A stretch of DNA of 64,000 bases, taken from the NCBI GenBank assembly GCA_036558905.1, contig DATBER010000148.1, positions 1,162 to 65,161 of the forward strand. The letters are read 5' to 3'. Below are positions 30,321 through 40,789 of this stretch, piece after piece. The stretch is from Jatrophihabitantaceae bacterium (GTDB lineage: Bacteria > Actinomycetota > Actinomycetes > Mycobacteriales > Jatrophihabitantaceae). Both the position numbers and the translations under genes were made by a program. A model generated the notes under the pieces. It saw only the letters and a list, made by a program, of their open reading frames with translations, was not told the DNA's origin and searched no databases. Numbering within the stretch: position 1 is the first letter of the stretch; each line of letters opens with the position of its first letter.

Positions 30321-32158
30321 GCGACGCGGTGACGCCGAACCCTCCGGACCAGGACGACTGGAGCGAGCCGTCCCACTACGGCCGCGGCCTGATCACCATC
30401 GAGCCGCGCATGTTCACGGAGGACCCGTCGATGACGGGCGTGTTCATGCCGGTGTGGCAGCACGCCTCGGAAGAGGAGTGGCAGCACGCCGAGGAGCGGT
30501 GGAGCAGCACCACCTACGTCGGGCGGCGCAGGCTCCGGCCCGAGGCCCGGACCCAGGTCGAGGCGCCCAGCAAGCCGGCCGAGCGTGGCGGGCTGCTCGC
30601 GTCCAGCCGGACGATGGCGATCGCCAGCCTGGCCAGCCGGATCACCGGGTTCCTGCGCAGCGTCGTGCTCGCGGCGGCGATCGGCACCGGGCTGGTCGGC
30701 GACGCGTACAACGGCGCGAACACATTCCCGAACCAGGTGTACGAGCTGCTGATCGGCGGCGTGCTGTCCAGCGTCCTGATCCCGCTGCTCGTGCAGGCCG
30801 AGGAGCACGACAAGGACCGCGGCGAGGCCTACACCCAGCGTTTACTCTCCATCGCCACGGTCGTGCTCGGCTCGGCCACGGTGGTGGCCGTGGCAGCCGC
30901 GCCTCTGCTCGCGGCGATATTCGTCAACAACCACGACGAACGGCAGTTGACCACGACGTTCGCCACGCTGCTGCTGCCGGAGATCTTCTTCTACGGCCTC
31001 GGCGCGATGTTCACCGCGATCCTGAACATCCGCAACGTATACGGCCCGGGCGCGTGGGCGCCGGTGCTCAACAACGTCATCACCATCGCCACAGTCGGCC
31101 TCTTCGCCCTGCTGCCCGGCCCCAAGACGCTGGTGCCGTCGAACATGACGAACACCCAGATCCTGGTGCTCGGCGTCGGCACCACGCTGGGCATCGCCGC
31201 CCAGGCCCTGGTGCTGTTGCCGGTGATGCACCGGCACGGGTTCCGGTGGAAGTGGCGGTTCCGGGCCGAGGGCCACGAGCGGGGCATGAGGGAAGCCGGC
31301 GCGCTGACCGGCTGGGTGCTCGGCTACGTCATCGCCAGCCAGGTCGGCATCAGCATCATCGTGAAGGTCGGCTTCAACCACAACGGCGTCACCAATTTCA
31401 CCTACGCCGACCTGCTGTTCCAGGTTCCGTACGGCATCCTCGGTGTCTCGCTGCTGACCGCGCTGATGCCACGCATGTCCCGGGCGGCGGCCCGCGGCGA
31501 CCGCGAGGGAGTTATCGAGCACCTCGGGCTCGGCGCCCGGCTCTCCGCGGCGGTACTCATCCCGGTCACGGTCGGGATGATGGTGCTCGGGCCGTCGTTC
31601 ACGCTGACGATCTTCGTCGGACGCACGAGCCAGCACGATGCCCGGCTGATCGGCACCTCGCTGGCACTGGCCGCGTTCGGGCTGCTGCCGTTCGCCCTGG
31701 TAATGCTGCAGATGCGGGTGTTCTACGCGATGCGCGACGCCAAGACGCCGACGGTCATCAACATCTGCATGGTGACCGCCAAGATCGTATTCGTGCTGAT
31801 CGCTGCCCAGACCCTGCACGGTGACGCGGTGATCGTGGCGCTGAACGTCTCGACGTCGCTGTCCTACGTGGTGGGTGCGGTGCTCGGGCACCACCTGCTC
31901 GCCCGCCGGTTCGGCCGGCTCGGGTTCTCGCGGGTGGTGCGCACGATGGTGCGGGTGGGCATCGCCTCGGTGTTCGGCGGCGCCGCGGCGCTCGCCATGG
32001 TGCTGGTCGGTACGCACATCGCCGGCCATGGCCGCACCGGGGCCCTGATCGGGGTGGTCGGCGGCAGCATCCTCGGGCTGGCCGTGTTCGGTCTGGTGGC
32101 CTGGCGGATGCGCATACCCGAGGTCCGTGAGATCGCCGGGGCGGCGGCCCGCCGCTGA
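30317..32158 (+). CDS. murJ: Lipid II flippase MurJ/MviN
   Basis: 613 aa. ATGA overlap with the upstream gene. MviN N-terminal motif [17 protein letters not shown], about 14 TM. The first ~95 aa are a hydrophilic extension, so the true start could be internal. Confidence 0.85.
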   Translation: MSDAVTPNPPDQDDWSEPSHYGRGLITIEPRMFTEDPSMTGVFMPVWQHASEEEWQHAEERWSSTTYVGRRRLRPEARTQVEAPSKPAERGGLLASSRTMAIASLASRITGFLRSVVLAAAIGTGLVGDAYNGANTFPNQVYELLIGGVLSSVLIPLLVQAEEHDKDRGEAYTQRLLSIATVVLGSATVVAVAAAPLLAAIFVNNHDERQLTTTFATLLLPEIFFYGLGAMFTAILNIRNVYGPGAWAPVLNNVITIATVGLFALLPGPKTLVPSNMTNTQILVLGVGTTLGIAAQALVLLPVMHRHGFRWKWRFRAEGHERGMREAGALTGWVLGYVIASQVGISIIVKVGFNHNGVTNFTYADLLFQVPYGILGVSLLTALMPRMSRAAARGDREGVIEHLGLGARLSAAVLIPVTVGMMVLGPSFTLTIFVGRTSQHDARLIGTSLALAAFGLLPFALVMLQMRVFYAMRDAKTPTVINICMVTAKIVFVLIAAQTLHGDAVIVALNVSTSLSYVVGAVLGHHLLARRFGRLGFSRVVRTMVRVGIASVFGGAAALAMVLVGTHIAGHGRTGALIGVVGGSILGLAVFGLVAWRMRIPEVREIAGAAARR

Positions 32159-32243
32159 TGATTCCTCGCGCGCCCCGCCCGGGAATGCCGGCCACCCTAG
32201 GATCGTTTCGCGGACAGAACGTCCGCAGGATCGAGGGCAATCA

Positions 32244-33233
32244 GTGACGCAGGCAACGCAGCACCGCAACGTCATCATCGTGGGCTCGGGCCCGGCGGGG
32301 TACACGGCTGGGTTGTACACGGCGCGGGCGGATCTGAAGCCGTTGCTGTTCGAGGGTTCGCAGTTCGGTGGGGCGTTGATGAACACCACCGATGTGGAGA
32401 ACTATCCGGGCTTTCCGGACGGGATCATGGGTCCGGAGTTGATGGCGCACATGCGTGCGCAGGCCGAGCGCTTCGGCGCCGAGATCGTGTCTGATGACGT
32501 GACCGAGGTGGAGTTGACCGGCCCGGTCAAGGTGGTGCGCACCCACGGCGCGGAGTACACCGCGGACACGGTGATCTTGGCGATGGGATCGGGGTATCGA
32601 CGCCTGGGTCTGGCCCGCGAGGACGAGCTGTCCGGGCGGGGAGTGTCGTGGTGTGCCACCTGTGACGGCTTCTTCTTCCGGGACAAGGACATTGCCGTGG
32701 TCGGTGGTGGCGACACCGCGATGGAGGAGGCCACCTTCCTGACCCGGTTCGCTCGGTCGGTGACCCTCGTGCACCGCCGCGATGCGCTGCGGGCCAGTGC
32801 GATCATGGCCGACCGGGCGTTCAACGACCCGAAGATCGACTGGGCCTGGAACTCAGAGGTCGTCGACATCCACGGCAACGGCACCGTCGACGGAATCCGG
32901 TTGCGGGACACCGTGACCGGGGCCGAGCGGGACCTGCCGGTGCAGGGACTGTTCATCGCGATCGGGCACGACCCGCGCAGCGAGCTGGTCAAGGGCCAGG
33001 TCGAACTGGACGCCGAGGGCTACATCCTCACCCACGACGGGACCAAGACGAACCTGGACGGCGTGTTCGCCGCCGGCGACGTGGTCGATCACATCTACCG
33101 GCAGGCCGTCACCGCCGCCGGCACCGGCTGCCAAGCCGCCCTGGACGCCGAGCGCTACCTCAGCCGCCTGCACGACCTGGCCGGAGTCACCGGCCCCGGT
33201 GGTGTCGCGGCTGTCACGGCCGGTACGGAATGA
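32244..33233 (+). CDS. trxB: Thioredoxin-disulfide reductase
   Basis: GTG 32244 in the ORF-track 32127..33233 frame. [16 protein letters not shown], redox centre [16 protein letters not shown]. Confidence 0.92.
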   Translation: MTQATQHRNVIIVGSGPAGYTAGLYTARADLKPLLFEGSQFGGALMNTTDVENYPGFPDGIMGPELMAHMRAQAERFGAEIVSDDVTEVELTGPVKVVRTHGAEYTADTVILAMGSGYRRLGLAREDELSGRGVSWCATCDGFFFRDKDIAVVGGGDTAMEEATFLTRFARSVTLVHRRDALRASAIMADRAFNDPKIDWAWNSEVVDIHGNGTVDGIRLRDTVTGAERDLPVQGLFIAIGHDPRSELVKGQVELDAEGYILTHDGTKTNLDGVFAAGDVVDHIYRQAVTAAGTGCQAALDAERYLSRLHDLAGVTGPGGVAAVTAGTE

Positions 33234-33285
33234 GCGCCTAGCAAGCACGGTTACACCACTGCATCCCAACCAATCAGGAGAACCC

Positions 33286-33612
33286 ATGGGTCAGAACACG
33301 AAGACCGTCACCGACGCCACCTTCGCCGACGAGGTCCTGCAGGCCGACGGCCCGGTGCTGGTCGACTTCTGGGCCGAGTGGTGCGGACCGTGCAAGATGG
33401 TCTCCCCGGTGCTGGACGAGATCGCCGGTGAGTACCCGGACAAGCTCACGGTCGCCAAGGTGAACATCGACGAGAACCCGAGCATTGCCCGCGATTACCA
33501 GATCATGTCGATTCCGACCATGTCGGTCTTCGACAAGGGCCGGGTCGTGAAGTCGATCATCGGCGCCCGGCCGAAGGCGGCCATTCTCAAGGAACTATCC
33601 GACTTCATCTAA
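33286..33612 (+). CDS. trxA: Thioredoxin
   Basis: ATG 33286 with CAGGAG upstream, 108 aa. Active site WAEWCGPCK. Confidence 0.92.
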   Translation: MGQNTKTVTDATFADEVLQADGPVLVDFWAEWCGPCKMVSPVLDEIAGEYPDKLTVAKVNIDENPSIARDYQIMSIPTMSVFDKGRVVKSIIGARPKAAILKELSDFI

Positions 33613-33624
33613 TTCGGACTTCGC

Positions 33625-33659
33625 GACAAAGGCGGTCACCCCAGGTGGCCGCCTTTGTC
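33625..33659 (+). terminator. Intrinsic terminator-like hairpin after trxA
   Basis: GACAAAGGCGG ... CCGCCTTTGTC (11-bp arms, with inner CACC/GGTG pairing), followed by ATGTTTGTT. Confidence 0.6.
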
Positions 33660-33763
33660 ATGTTTGTTAGGCTCCGATCCAGCGGGGACGCGCGGGTGCT
33701 GGTCCATTCGGTATCTGCGGCGCGCTGGGGCACAATATGTACGCCGTCAATGCCGACTAGCTC

Positions 33764-34900
33764 GTGAGGTCTCTCGCTCTGATGCAGGTACTCCGCCGCG
33801 GCGCCAATGGGGACGCCGTCGCCGAAGTGCGACGCGTTCTCGCCGGACTCGGGCTGATCGCCAACGTCGATCAGGCTGCCGAGTCGAGTTATGACGACGC
33901 CACTGAGTTGGCAGTCAGGCACTTTCAGCAACGACGCGGCCTGTCCGTCGACGGCATCGTCGGCCGCGAGACGTGGTCCGCGCTCGCCGGCGCGCGCTGG
34001 CGACTGGGCGATCGGGTGCTGGCTCACAACGCCACCAACCCGCTGGCCGGCGACGACGTCGTCTCGCTACAGGAGCAGTTGCTCGAGATGGGCTACGACA
34101 TCGTCCGGCCCGACGGCGTGTTCGGGCGGCGGACCGAGAGCGCGCTGCGGGCCTTCCAGCACGACTACGGGCTGACGCCTGACGCCATCTGCGGGCCGGC
34201 CACGCTGCGGGCGCTGCGCCAGCTCACCCGGCGGGTGATCGGCGGCCGTCCCCAGTTGCTGCGCGAGCAGATGCGCGTCGCCGAGTCGGGCCCCAGCCTG
34301 CTCGGCAAGCGGCTGGTGCTCGACCCGGGCCACGGCGGAGCCGATCGGGGCGTCGAGGCCGACGGGGTCTGCGAGGCCGAAATCGCCTGGGACCTCGCCA
34401 CTCGCCTCGAGGGCCGGCTCACCGCCCTGGGCGTCACGACCTGGCTGACTCGCGGGCCGCACAACGGCAAGACCGACGAGGAGCGGGCCGGCTTCGCCAA
34501 CGAGGTCGGTGCCGACGCCCTGCTTTCGCTGCACGTCGACGGCGCGGCCTCGCCGCTGGCCAACGGCCTGGCCAGCTACCACTACGGCGCCGGCGAGTCG
34601 AGCTCGACGATCGGCGAGCGGCTGGCCGAGCTGGCCCAGCGCGAACTGGTGGCCCGCACCGGCATGCTCAACGGCCGGGTGCATCCCAAAAGCTGGGCGC
34701 TGCTGCGACTGACCCGCATGCCCACCGTCCGGATCGAGGTCGGCTACCTGACCTCGCCCATCGACCGGGCCCGGCTGGTCGACCCGGCCTTCCGCGACAC
34801 CGTGGCCGAGGGGCTGCTGGTGGCCGTCCAGCGGCTGTACCTTCCCAAGGCGCAGGACCCGCCGACCGGCGTCATGCGCATCCCGGCCATCGCCTCGTAG
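33764..34900 (+). CDS. cwlM: CwlM-like N-acetylmuramoyl-L-alanine amidase family protein (two PG-binding repeats + amidase_3)
   Basis: 378 aa (GTG 33764; in-frame ATG at 33782). Two PG_binding_1-like repeats (GDAVAEVRRVL, GDDVVSLQEQL) and an amidase_3 region (VLDPGHGG, ADALLSLHVD). Position after trxA as Rv3915. Confidence 0.85.
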   Translation: MRSLALMQVLRRGANGDAVAEVRRVLAGLGLIANVDQAAESSYDDATELAVRHFQQRRGLSVDGIVGRETWSALAGARWRLGDRVLAHNATNPLAGDDVVSLQEQLLEMGYDIVRPDGVFGRRTESALRAFQHDYGLTPDAICGPATLRALRQLTRRVIGGRPQLLREQMRVAESGPSLLGKRLVLDPGHGGADRGVEADGVCEAEIAWDLATRLEGRLTALGVTTWLTRGPHNGKTDEERAGFANEVGADALLSLHVDGAASPLANGLASYHYGAGESSSTIGERLAELAQRELVARTGMLNGRVHPKSWALLRLTRMPTVRIEVGYLTSPIDRARLVDPAFRDTVAEGLLVAVQRLYLPKAQDPPTGVMRIPAIAS

Positions 34901-34901
34901 C

Positions 34902-35540
34902 TCACCACCGGGACAGCGCCGGCGACGAGATCGACGACACCAGCCGTTCCAGGGCGTACTCGACGTCCTCGCGCCAGGACGCGGTGGTCTTGATGTCCAG
35001 GCGCAGCCGCGGGAAGTGCGGATGCGGGCGCACCGTCTTGAAGCCAACCGCCAGCAGGTAGTCGGCCGGCAGCACGCAGGCCTTGCCGGGCTTCCCCTCC
35101 GTCGCGGCGTCGTGCGTGCCGAACGCCTCGATCGCCTTCAGCCCCCGACGGGCAACGTCTCCGGCGACCGCCTGCACCAGCACGCGGCCCAAGCCTCGTC
35201 CGACGAACTCCGGCAGCAGCCGCGCGGTCATCAGCAGCACGGCGTCCGGGCTGATCGGCGAGGTGGCGAATGCCGCCGAACGCGGCACATAGGCCGGCGG
35301 GGCGAACAACACGTAGCCGGCCGGCACGCCGTCGACGTAGATCAGCTTCCCGCAGCTACCCCATTCGAGCAGGGTGTCGGATATCCAGGCCTCCTTCTCC
35401 AGGTCGGTTCCGCCCGCCTCGCGAGCCTTCTCGCCGGCCACCGGATCGAGCTCCCAGAACACGCACGAACGGCACCGGACCGGAAGGTCGCCGAGATTGT
35501 CGAGGGTGATGTTCACCAGCCTCCGGGCCAACCGGACCAC
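34902..35540 (-). CDS. GNAT-family acetyltransferase-like protein (Rv3916c-like)
   Basis: C-terminal part of ORF-track 34902..36065. GTG 35540 (alternative GTG 35516). CRSCVFWE N-terminal Cys pair and a GNAT-like core LLPEFVGRGLGRVLVQAV. Confidence 0.6.
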   Translation of the reverse strand: MVRLARRLVNITLDNLGDLPVRCRSCVFWELDPVAGEKAREAGGTDLEKEAWISDTLLEWGSCGKLIYVDGVPAGYVLFAPPAYVPRSAAFATSPISPDAVLLMTARLLPEFVGRGLGRVLVQAVAGDVARRGLKAIEAFGTHDAATEGKPGKACVLPADYLLAVGFKTVRPHPHFPRLRLDIKTTASWREDVEYALERLVSSISSPALSRW

Positions 35541-35596
35541 TCCCAAGCTCGTGGTGCGCTCCCGCCATCCTCGATGGTAGGCGGCCGGTGTGAACT

Positions 35597-36814
35597 TCAG
35601 GTACGGCGATAGCCGTTCAGGAAGACGCCGATGCGGCCGATCGCCTCGGTCAGGTCGTCGGCCCGGGGGAGGGTGACGATGCGCAGGTGGTCGGGTCGGG
35701 GCCAGTTGAACCCGCTGCCCTGCACGACGAGCACGTGCTGCTCGCGCAGCAGCTGGAGCACGAACTGCTGGTCGTCCTCGATCGGGTAGAGCTCCGGGTC
35801 GAGGCGGGGGAAGACGTAGAGCGCGCCACGCGGCTGCACGCACGTGACGCCGGGCAACTCCTTGAGCGCGGCCATCGCCGCGTCGCGCTGCTCGCGCAGC
35901 CGCCCGCCCGGTAGCACCAGGTCGTGGATGCTCTGCCGCCCGCCCAGCGCCGTCTGCACCGCGTGCTGCGCGGGTACGTTCGCACACAGCCTCATGTTGG
36001 CCAGGATGGTGATGCCCTCGAGGTAGCTGGCCGCGGGCCGCTTCGGCCCGGTGACCATCAGCCACGCGCTGCGAAATCCAGCCAGCCTGTAGGCCTTGGA
36101 AAGCCCGTTGAACGTGAGGACGAACAGGTCGGGAGCCACTGCGCTGAACGGTGTGTGGGTCGCGTCGTCGTAGAGGATCTTGTCGTAGATCTCGTCGGCC
36201 ATGACCACGAGCCGGTGCCGACGGGCCAGCTCAGCGATCTGCTCCAGTACCCCCCTGGGGTATACCGCGCCGGTCGGATTGTTCGGGTTGATGACGACGA
36301 TCGCCTTGGTACGTGGGGAGATCTTCGCCTCGAGGTCAGCCAGGTCGGGCAGCCAGCCCATGGACTCGTCGCACAGGTAGTGGACGGCCCGACCGCCGGC
36401 CAGGCTGGTGGCGGCTGTCCACAGTGGATAGTCGGGCGCCGGGATGAGCACCTCGTCGCCGTCGTCGAGCATGGCCTGCAGGCACATGGTGATCAGCTCG
36501 CTGACCCCGTTGCCGAGCCACACATCGTCGACGGTCACCTCGCTAATACCGCGCTGCTGGTAGTGCTGCACGATCGCGGTACGGGCCGACAGGAGTCCCT
36601 GCGAGTCCGAGTAGCCTTGCGACGCCGGCAGGTTGCGGATGACGTCGACCAGGATCTCTTCGGGGGCCTCGAACCCGAACGGAGCCGGGTTGCCGATGTT
36701 GAGCTTGATGATCCGTCGGCCTTCCTCCTCGAGGCGTTTGGCCTCTTCGAGTACCGGACCGCGGATGTCGTAAAGAACGTTTTCGAGCTTGCGCGACTGA
36801 CTCAGCTGCACCAC
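35597..36814 (-). CDS. Pyridoxal-phosphate-dependent aminotransferase (AlaT/AspC-like)
   Basis: GTG 36814 (VVQLSQSRKLENVLYDIRGPV) in the ORF-track 35597..37297 frame. NPNNPTGAVY, PLP-lysine motif LSKAYRLAGFR. Confidence 0.85.
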   Translation of the reverse strand: MVQLSQSRKLENVLYDIRGPVLEEAKRLEEEGRRIIKLNIGNPAPFGFEAPEEILVDVIRNLPASQGYSDSQGLLSARTAIVQHYQQRGISEVTVDDVWLGNGVSELITMCLQAMLDDGDEVLIPAPDYPLWTAATSLAGGRAVHYLCDESMGWLPDLADLEAKISPRTKAIVVINPNNPTGAVYPRGVLEQIAELARRHRLVVMADEIYDKILYDDATHTPFSAVAPDLFVLTFNGLSKAYRLAGFRSAWLMVTGPKRPAASYLEGITILANMRLCANVPAQHAVQTALGGRQSIHDLVLPGGRLREQRDAAMAALKELPGVTCVQPRGALYVFPRLDPELYPIEDDQQFVLQLLREQHVLVVQGSGFNWPRPDHLRIVTLPRADDLTEAIGRIGVFLNGYRRT

Positions 36815-36850
36815 GCACGCAACGATCGCACAACCCGCTTGGATGGGGCC

Positions 36851-37453
36851 ATGGAGTTCACCGAGGTGGTGCGCCGTCGCCGGATGGTCCGCGCCTACGA
36901 TCCGTCGCGTCCCGTTCCCCGCGCCGTCATCGACGAACTGCTCGAACTGGCCACCCACGCCCCGTCGGCCGGGTTCAGCCAGGGCTGGCAGTTCCTCGTG
37001 CTGGACACGCCGGCCGGATGCGATGCGTTCTGGAAGGCGACCGCCGACCCGGGGGAGCTGCCCGACTCCTGGCTGACCGGTATGCAGACGGCGCCGGCGC
37101 TGATCATTCCGTTCTCGGACAAGCAGGCCTACCTCGACCGATACGCCGAGCCGGACAAGGGCTGGACTGACCGCGACGAGGCCCGCTGGCCGGTGCCGTA
37201 CTGGGACGTCGACACGGGAATGGCGGCGTTGCTCGTGCTGCTCGGCGCGGTCGACCTCGAGCTGGGCGCGTGCTTCTTCGGCATACCGACCGAGCACTGG
37301 GACGCGCTGCGGGCCGCGTTCGCGGTGCCGGGACGGCTGACGCCGATTGGCGTGATCTCGCTGGGCTACCGAGCTCCGGATCGTCGCTCGCCGTCGCTGC
37401 GGCGGGGCCGGCGATCCCTCGACGACGTGGTGGCCTACGGCTCGTTCGGCTGA
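36851..37453 (+). CDS. Nitroreductase family protein
   Basis: ATG 36851 in the ORF-track 35924..37453 frame, 200 aa. [23 protein letters not shown]. Confidence 0.75.
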   Translation: MEFTEVVRRRRMVRAYDPSRPVPRAVIDELLELATHAPSAGFSQGWQFLVLDTPAGCDAFWKATADPGELPDSWLTGMQTAPALIIPFSDKQAYLDRYAEPDKGWTDRDEARWPVPYWDVDTGMAALLVLLGAVDLELGACFFGIPTEHWDALRAAFAVPGRLTPIGVISLGYRAPDRRSPSLRRGRRSLDDVVAYGSFG

Positions 37454-38439
37454 CGGAGACCGTTGGCCAGCTGCGGGGCGATCAGGCCGACGATGCGCTC
37501 CAGGTCGTCGACCGAGGCGAACTCGACGGTGATCTTGCCCTTGCGTCGTCCCAGGTCGACCCGCACCCGGGTGTCGAACACGTCGGAGAGCTTGTCGGCC
37601 AGGTCGGTCACGCCGGGAGCCACCATGCGCGCAGCGGCGGCCTTGCGAGTACGCGCCTTCTCGGTGTGCCCGTGGGCGTGGAGGGTGGCGAGCTCCTCGG
37701 TGGCGCGCACCGACAGTCCCTCGGCGACTATGCGTCCGGCCAGTTCCTCCTGCGCGTCGCGGTCCTCGACGGCGAGCAGGGCCCGGGCGTGCCCGGCCGA
37801 CAGCACGCCGGCGGCCACCCGACGCTGCACGGGCACCGGCAGGTTGAGCAGCCGGATCGTGTTGCTGATCTGCGGACGGCTGCGGCCGATGCGCAGGGCC
37901 AGCTCCTCGTGCGTGGTGCCGAACTCCTCAAGCAGCTGCTGGTAGGCCGCCGCCTCCTCCAGCGGGTTGAGGGCGGCCCGGTGAATGTTCTCGAGCAGCG
38001 CATCGCGCAGCATCGCGTCGTCGTCGGTGTCCCGCACGATGGCCGGGATGGTGGCCAGGCCGGCCTGGCTGGCCGCGCGCAGGCGGCGCTCGCCCATGAC
38101 CAGCTCGTAGCCCTCGTCGCGCCGGCGGACCACCACGGGCTGCAGCACGCCGAACTCGCGGATCGAGTGGGTCAGCTCGGCCAGCGCGTCCTCGTCGAAG
38201 ACCTGCCGGGGCTGACGGGGGTTGGCCGAGACGGCCGCGACCTCGATCTCGGTGAACGTCGCTCCAGGCACCGGCAGCGGGCCGTCCGGAGTCGTCACCG
38301 GCGTACCCGCCGACGGGGTCGGCGATGCGGGCACCGCCGATGCTCCGTTGGGCCTCGCGCCGTCCGGAGGCGCCGCCGGTGCGGTCGGGATCAGTGCACC
38401 GAGCCCCCGCCCGAGCCCACCCACTCGCGTCTTGCTCAT
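37435..38439 (-). CDS. parB: Chromosome partitioning protein ParB
   Basis: 334 aa. [11 protein letters not shown], ParB box [24 protein letters not shown] overlap with parA. The 3' end overlaps the nitroreductase gene by 19 nt. Confidence 0.92.
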   Translation of the reverse strand: MSKTRVGGLGRGLGALIPTAPAAPPDGARPNGASAVPASPTPSAGTPVTTPDGPLPVPGATFTEIEVAAVSANPRQPRQVFDEDALAELTHSIREFGVLQPVVVRRRDEGYELVMGERRLRAASQAGLATIPAIVRDTDDDAMLRDALLENIHRAALNPLEEAAAYQQLLEEFGTTHEELALRIGRSRPQISNTIRLLNLPVPVQRRVAAGVLSAGHARALLAVEDRDAQEELAGRIVAEGLSVRATEELATLHAHGHTEKARTRKAAAARMVAPGVTDLADKLSDVFDTRVRVDLGRRKGKITVEFASVDDLERIVGLIAPQLANGLRQPNEP

Positions 38440-39497
38440 TGACTCCCTGCCTCCTGCTCACCGCTCGGTGCTGCCTCTGTCGGACCCGGTTCGCCGGTCG
38501 AGACTGGTTCGCCCGCCGGGACGCCACCTGGCTGCTCGCCGGACCGTCCTCGGATGGCCAATTCGCGGGCCGCCTCGAGGTAGCCGACCGCGCCGCGCGA
38601 TCCGGCGTCGTACGTCATCACGGTCTGCCCGAAGCCGGGCGCCTCGGACACCCGCACGTTGCGGGGGATGACCGACTCGATCACCAGTGAGCCGAAGTGG
38701 CTGCGCACGTCGGCGGCCACCTGATCGGCCAGCCGGGTGCGGCTGTCGTACATGGTGAGCAGCACGGTGCTGACGGCCAGGGTCTTGTTCAGGTACGACT
38801 GCACCATCTCGATCGTGCTGAGCAACTGGGCCAGGCCCTCCAGCGCGTAGTACTCGCACTGGATCGGGATGAGCACTTCGCGAGCGGCGACGAGCGCGTT
38901 CAGGGTCAGCAGGCCGAGCGAGGGCGGGCAGTCGACGAACACGTAGTCCATCTCGGCGCTCGCGTCGCTGGCCAGGTAGGCCGCGATGGCGCGCTGCAGG
39001 CGATGCTCGCGAGCGACCTGCGACGACAACTCGAGTTCGGCACCGGCCAGGTCGAGGGTGGCCGGCACGCAGAAGAGCGTCTCGGCGATCTCGACGGGAG
39101 CGACCGCCGTGGCGATCGGCTGGTCATCCAGCAGGATGTCGTAGGTCGACCGGGTGCCGACGTTGTGGTCGATGCCCAGGGCAGTGCTCGCGTTGCCCTG
39201 TGGGTCGAGATCGATCACCAGTACCCGCAGGCCGTGCAGGGCGAGCGCGGCGGCCAGGTTGACGGCGGTGGTTGTCTTGCCCACCCCGCCCTTCTGGTTG
39301 GCCACCGTGATGACCCGGGTGACCGGCGGGCGAGGCCACTGCTCCTTGCGGGTGTTCAGCACCCGAAGAGCTTGAAACGCCTCACGGGCGATTGGCGAGT
39401 CCGACCAGGTTTCACGTGAAACATCGATCGACGCGGTTTCACGTGAAACCTGGCCCGTGCGGTCCGAGACTTCGTCCCGGTGGGAGTAGCTCATCAC
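38436..39497 (-). CDS. parA: Chromosome partitioning ATPase ParA/Soj
   Basis: 353 aa from GTG 39497 (ATG 39494; possible internal GTG 39362). Deviant Walker [18 protein letters not shown]. Confidence 0.9.
   Translation of the reverse strand: MMSYSHRDEVSDRTGQVSRETASIDVSRETWSDSPIAREAFQALRVLNTRKEQWPRPPVTRVITVANQKGGVGKTTTAVNLAAALALHGLRVLVIDLDPQGNASTALGIDHNVGTRSTYDILLDDQPIATAVAPVEIAETLFCVPATLDLAGAELELSSQVAREHRLQRAIAAYLASDASAEMDYVFVDCPPSLGLLTLNALVAAREVLIPIQCEYYALEGLAQLLSTIEMVQSYLNKTLAVSTVLLTMYDSRTRLADQVAADVRSHFGSLVIESVIPRNVRVSEAPGFGQTVMTYDAGSRGAVGYLEAARELAIRGRSGEQPGGVPAGEPVSTGEPGPTEAAPSGEQEAGSQ
39409..39422. other. parS centromere-like site 1
   Basis: Exact 14-bp palindrome GTTTCACGTGAAAC (core of the parS consensus tGTTTCACGTGAAACa), inside the 5' region of parA. 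Confidence 0.85.
39436..39449. other. parS centromere-like site 2
   Basis: Second exact GTTTCACGTGAAAC, 27 bp centre-to-centre from site 1. Confidence 0.85.
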
Positions 39498-39530
39498 CCA
39501 GCCTCGCTGCTCGCGTGCACTCGTTGTACC

Positions 39531-40190
39531 TCAGTCTCTCCCGCGACGCGTTCGATCTCGCTGAACCGCGACGACGGTAACCGGTGTGTCCAACACATCG
39601 CGACCGCATCGCTCAATTCGCACTCCCACATCTAGCCGTCGGGGGAGCGCCGCCACTTCAGCCTCCGCCTGTGCACCCTTCATCGCCAGCAGCGTTCCGC
39701 CGACCCGTAACAACGGAAGGCACCACTTCACCAGCCGCACCAACGGGGCGACCGCCCGAGCCGCCACCCACTCGGCGTCCCCGACGACCGACCGCACCGC
39801 CGCGACTTCCGCCCGGCCGTGCACCACCCGAACCCGCTCGCCCAGGCCCAATGACTCGACCGCCTCGGTCAGGAACGCCACGCGGCGGGCCAGCGACTCG
39901 ACCAGGTCAATCCGCAGGTCGGGCCGCCGGCAGGCCATGGCCAACCCGGGCAGGCCGGCCCCGGTCCCGACGTCCACCACTCGAGCGCCGTCCGGCACGA
40001 GGTCCGCAACGACCGCGCAATTGAGCAGGTGACGATCCCATAACCGCGGTACCTCTCGCGGGCCGATCAGCCCACGGACCACCCCGGCTGAGGCCAGCAG
40101 TTCGCCGTAACGCGCGGCCCGGTCCAGTCCCGGGCCGAAGATCTGCTCGGCTGCCGCGGGTGGTGCCGGCAGCCCAGCTTCGACCGTCAC
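39531..40190 (-). CDS. rsmG: 16S rRNA (guanine527-N7)-methyltransferase RsmG/GidB
   Basis: GTG 40190 in the ORF-track 39531..40283 frame, 219 aa. SAM motif VVDVGTGAGLPGL, LDRAARYGELL. Confidence 0.85.
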   Translation of the reverse strand: MTVEAGLPAPPAAAEQIFGPGLDRAARYGELLASAGVVRGLIGPREVPRLWDRHLLNCAVVADLVPDGARVVDVGTGAGLPGLAMACRRPDLRIDLVESLARRVAFLTEAVESLGLGERVRVVHGRAEVAAVRSVVGDAEWVAARAVAPLVRLVKWCLPLLRVGGTLLAMKGAQAEAEVAALPRRLDVGVRIERCGRDVLDTPVTVVAVQRDRTRRGRD

Positions 40191-40218
40191 GCGACGAGTC
40201 GGCGCAGCGCTACGGCAG

Positions 40219-40770
40219 TCACTGCTCGCTGAGCACGACGACGCGGCGCTGCGGCTCCTCACCCTCGGACTCGCTGCGCACACCGGCGATGGCCGAGACG
40301 GCGTCGTGCACCACCTTGCGCTCGAACGGGTTCATAGGGGACAGCTTCACCGCCTCACCCGACTCGAGCACCTCCCGGGCGGTGCGCTCGGCCAGCGAGC
40401 TCAGCTCGGCCCGCCGGGCTTGCCGGTGCCCGCTCACGTCGAGCATCAGCCGGCTGCGCTCACCGGTCTGCTGCTGAACGGCCAGCCGGGTGAGCTCCTG
40501 CAACGCGTCCAGCGTCTCGCCGTTGCGGCCGACCAGCGGCTGCAGGTCGCTACCGATGATGGCCACCACGGCCCGGTCGTTCTCGACGTCGAGGTCGATG
40601 TCGCCGTCGTAGTCGACGATGTCCAGGAACCGCTCCAGGTAATCGGCCGCGATGTCTCCCTCACGCACCAGCAGATCGCCGTCCGCCGCCGTCTCGGCCC
40701 CCGACTCCGTCACGGTCTGGATATCGGACTCGGTCGGCTCGATCTCGGGGGAGACCTCGATGTCGCTCAC
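40219..40770 (-). CDS. jag: KH + R3H RNA-binding protein Jag/KhpB
   Basis: GTG 40770 in the ORF-track 40219..40860 frame, 183 aa. KH GRNGETLDALQELT, R3H MNPFERKVVHDAV. Confidence 0.8.
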   Translation of the reverse strand: MSDIEVSPEIEPTESDIQTVTESGAETAADGDLLVREGDIAADYLERFLDIVDYDGDIDLDVENDRAVVAIIGSDLQPLVGRNGETLDALQELTRLAVQQQTGERSRLMLDVSGHRQARRAELSSLAERTAREVLESGEAVKLSPMNPFERKVVHDAVSAIAGVRSESEGEEPQRRVVVLSEQ

Positions 40771-40789
40771 GGGCGTTTCCTTTCCGGTT

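Noticed and set aside
30842-32389. 515-aa ORF antisense to murJ
   Set aside because: The translation is hydrophilic His/Arg/Asp/Gly-rich, opposite a clear 14-TM MurJ frame.
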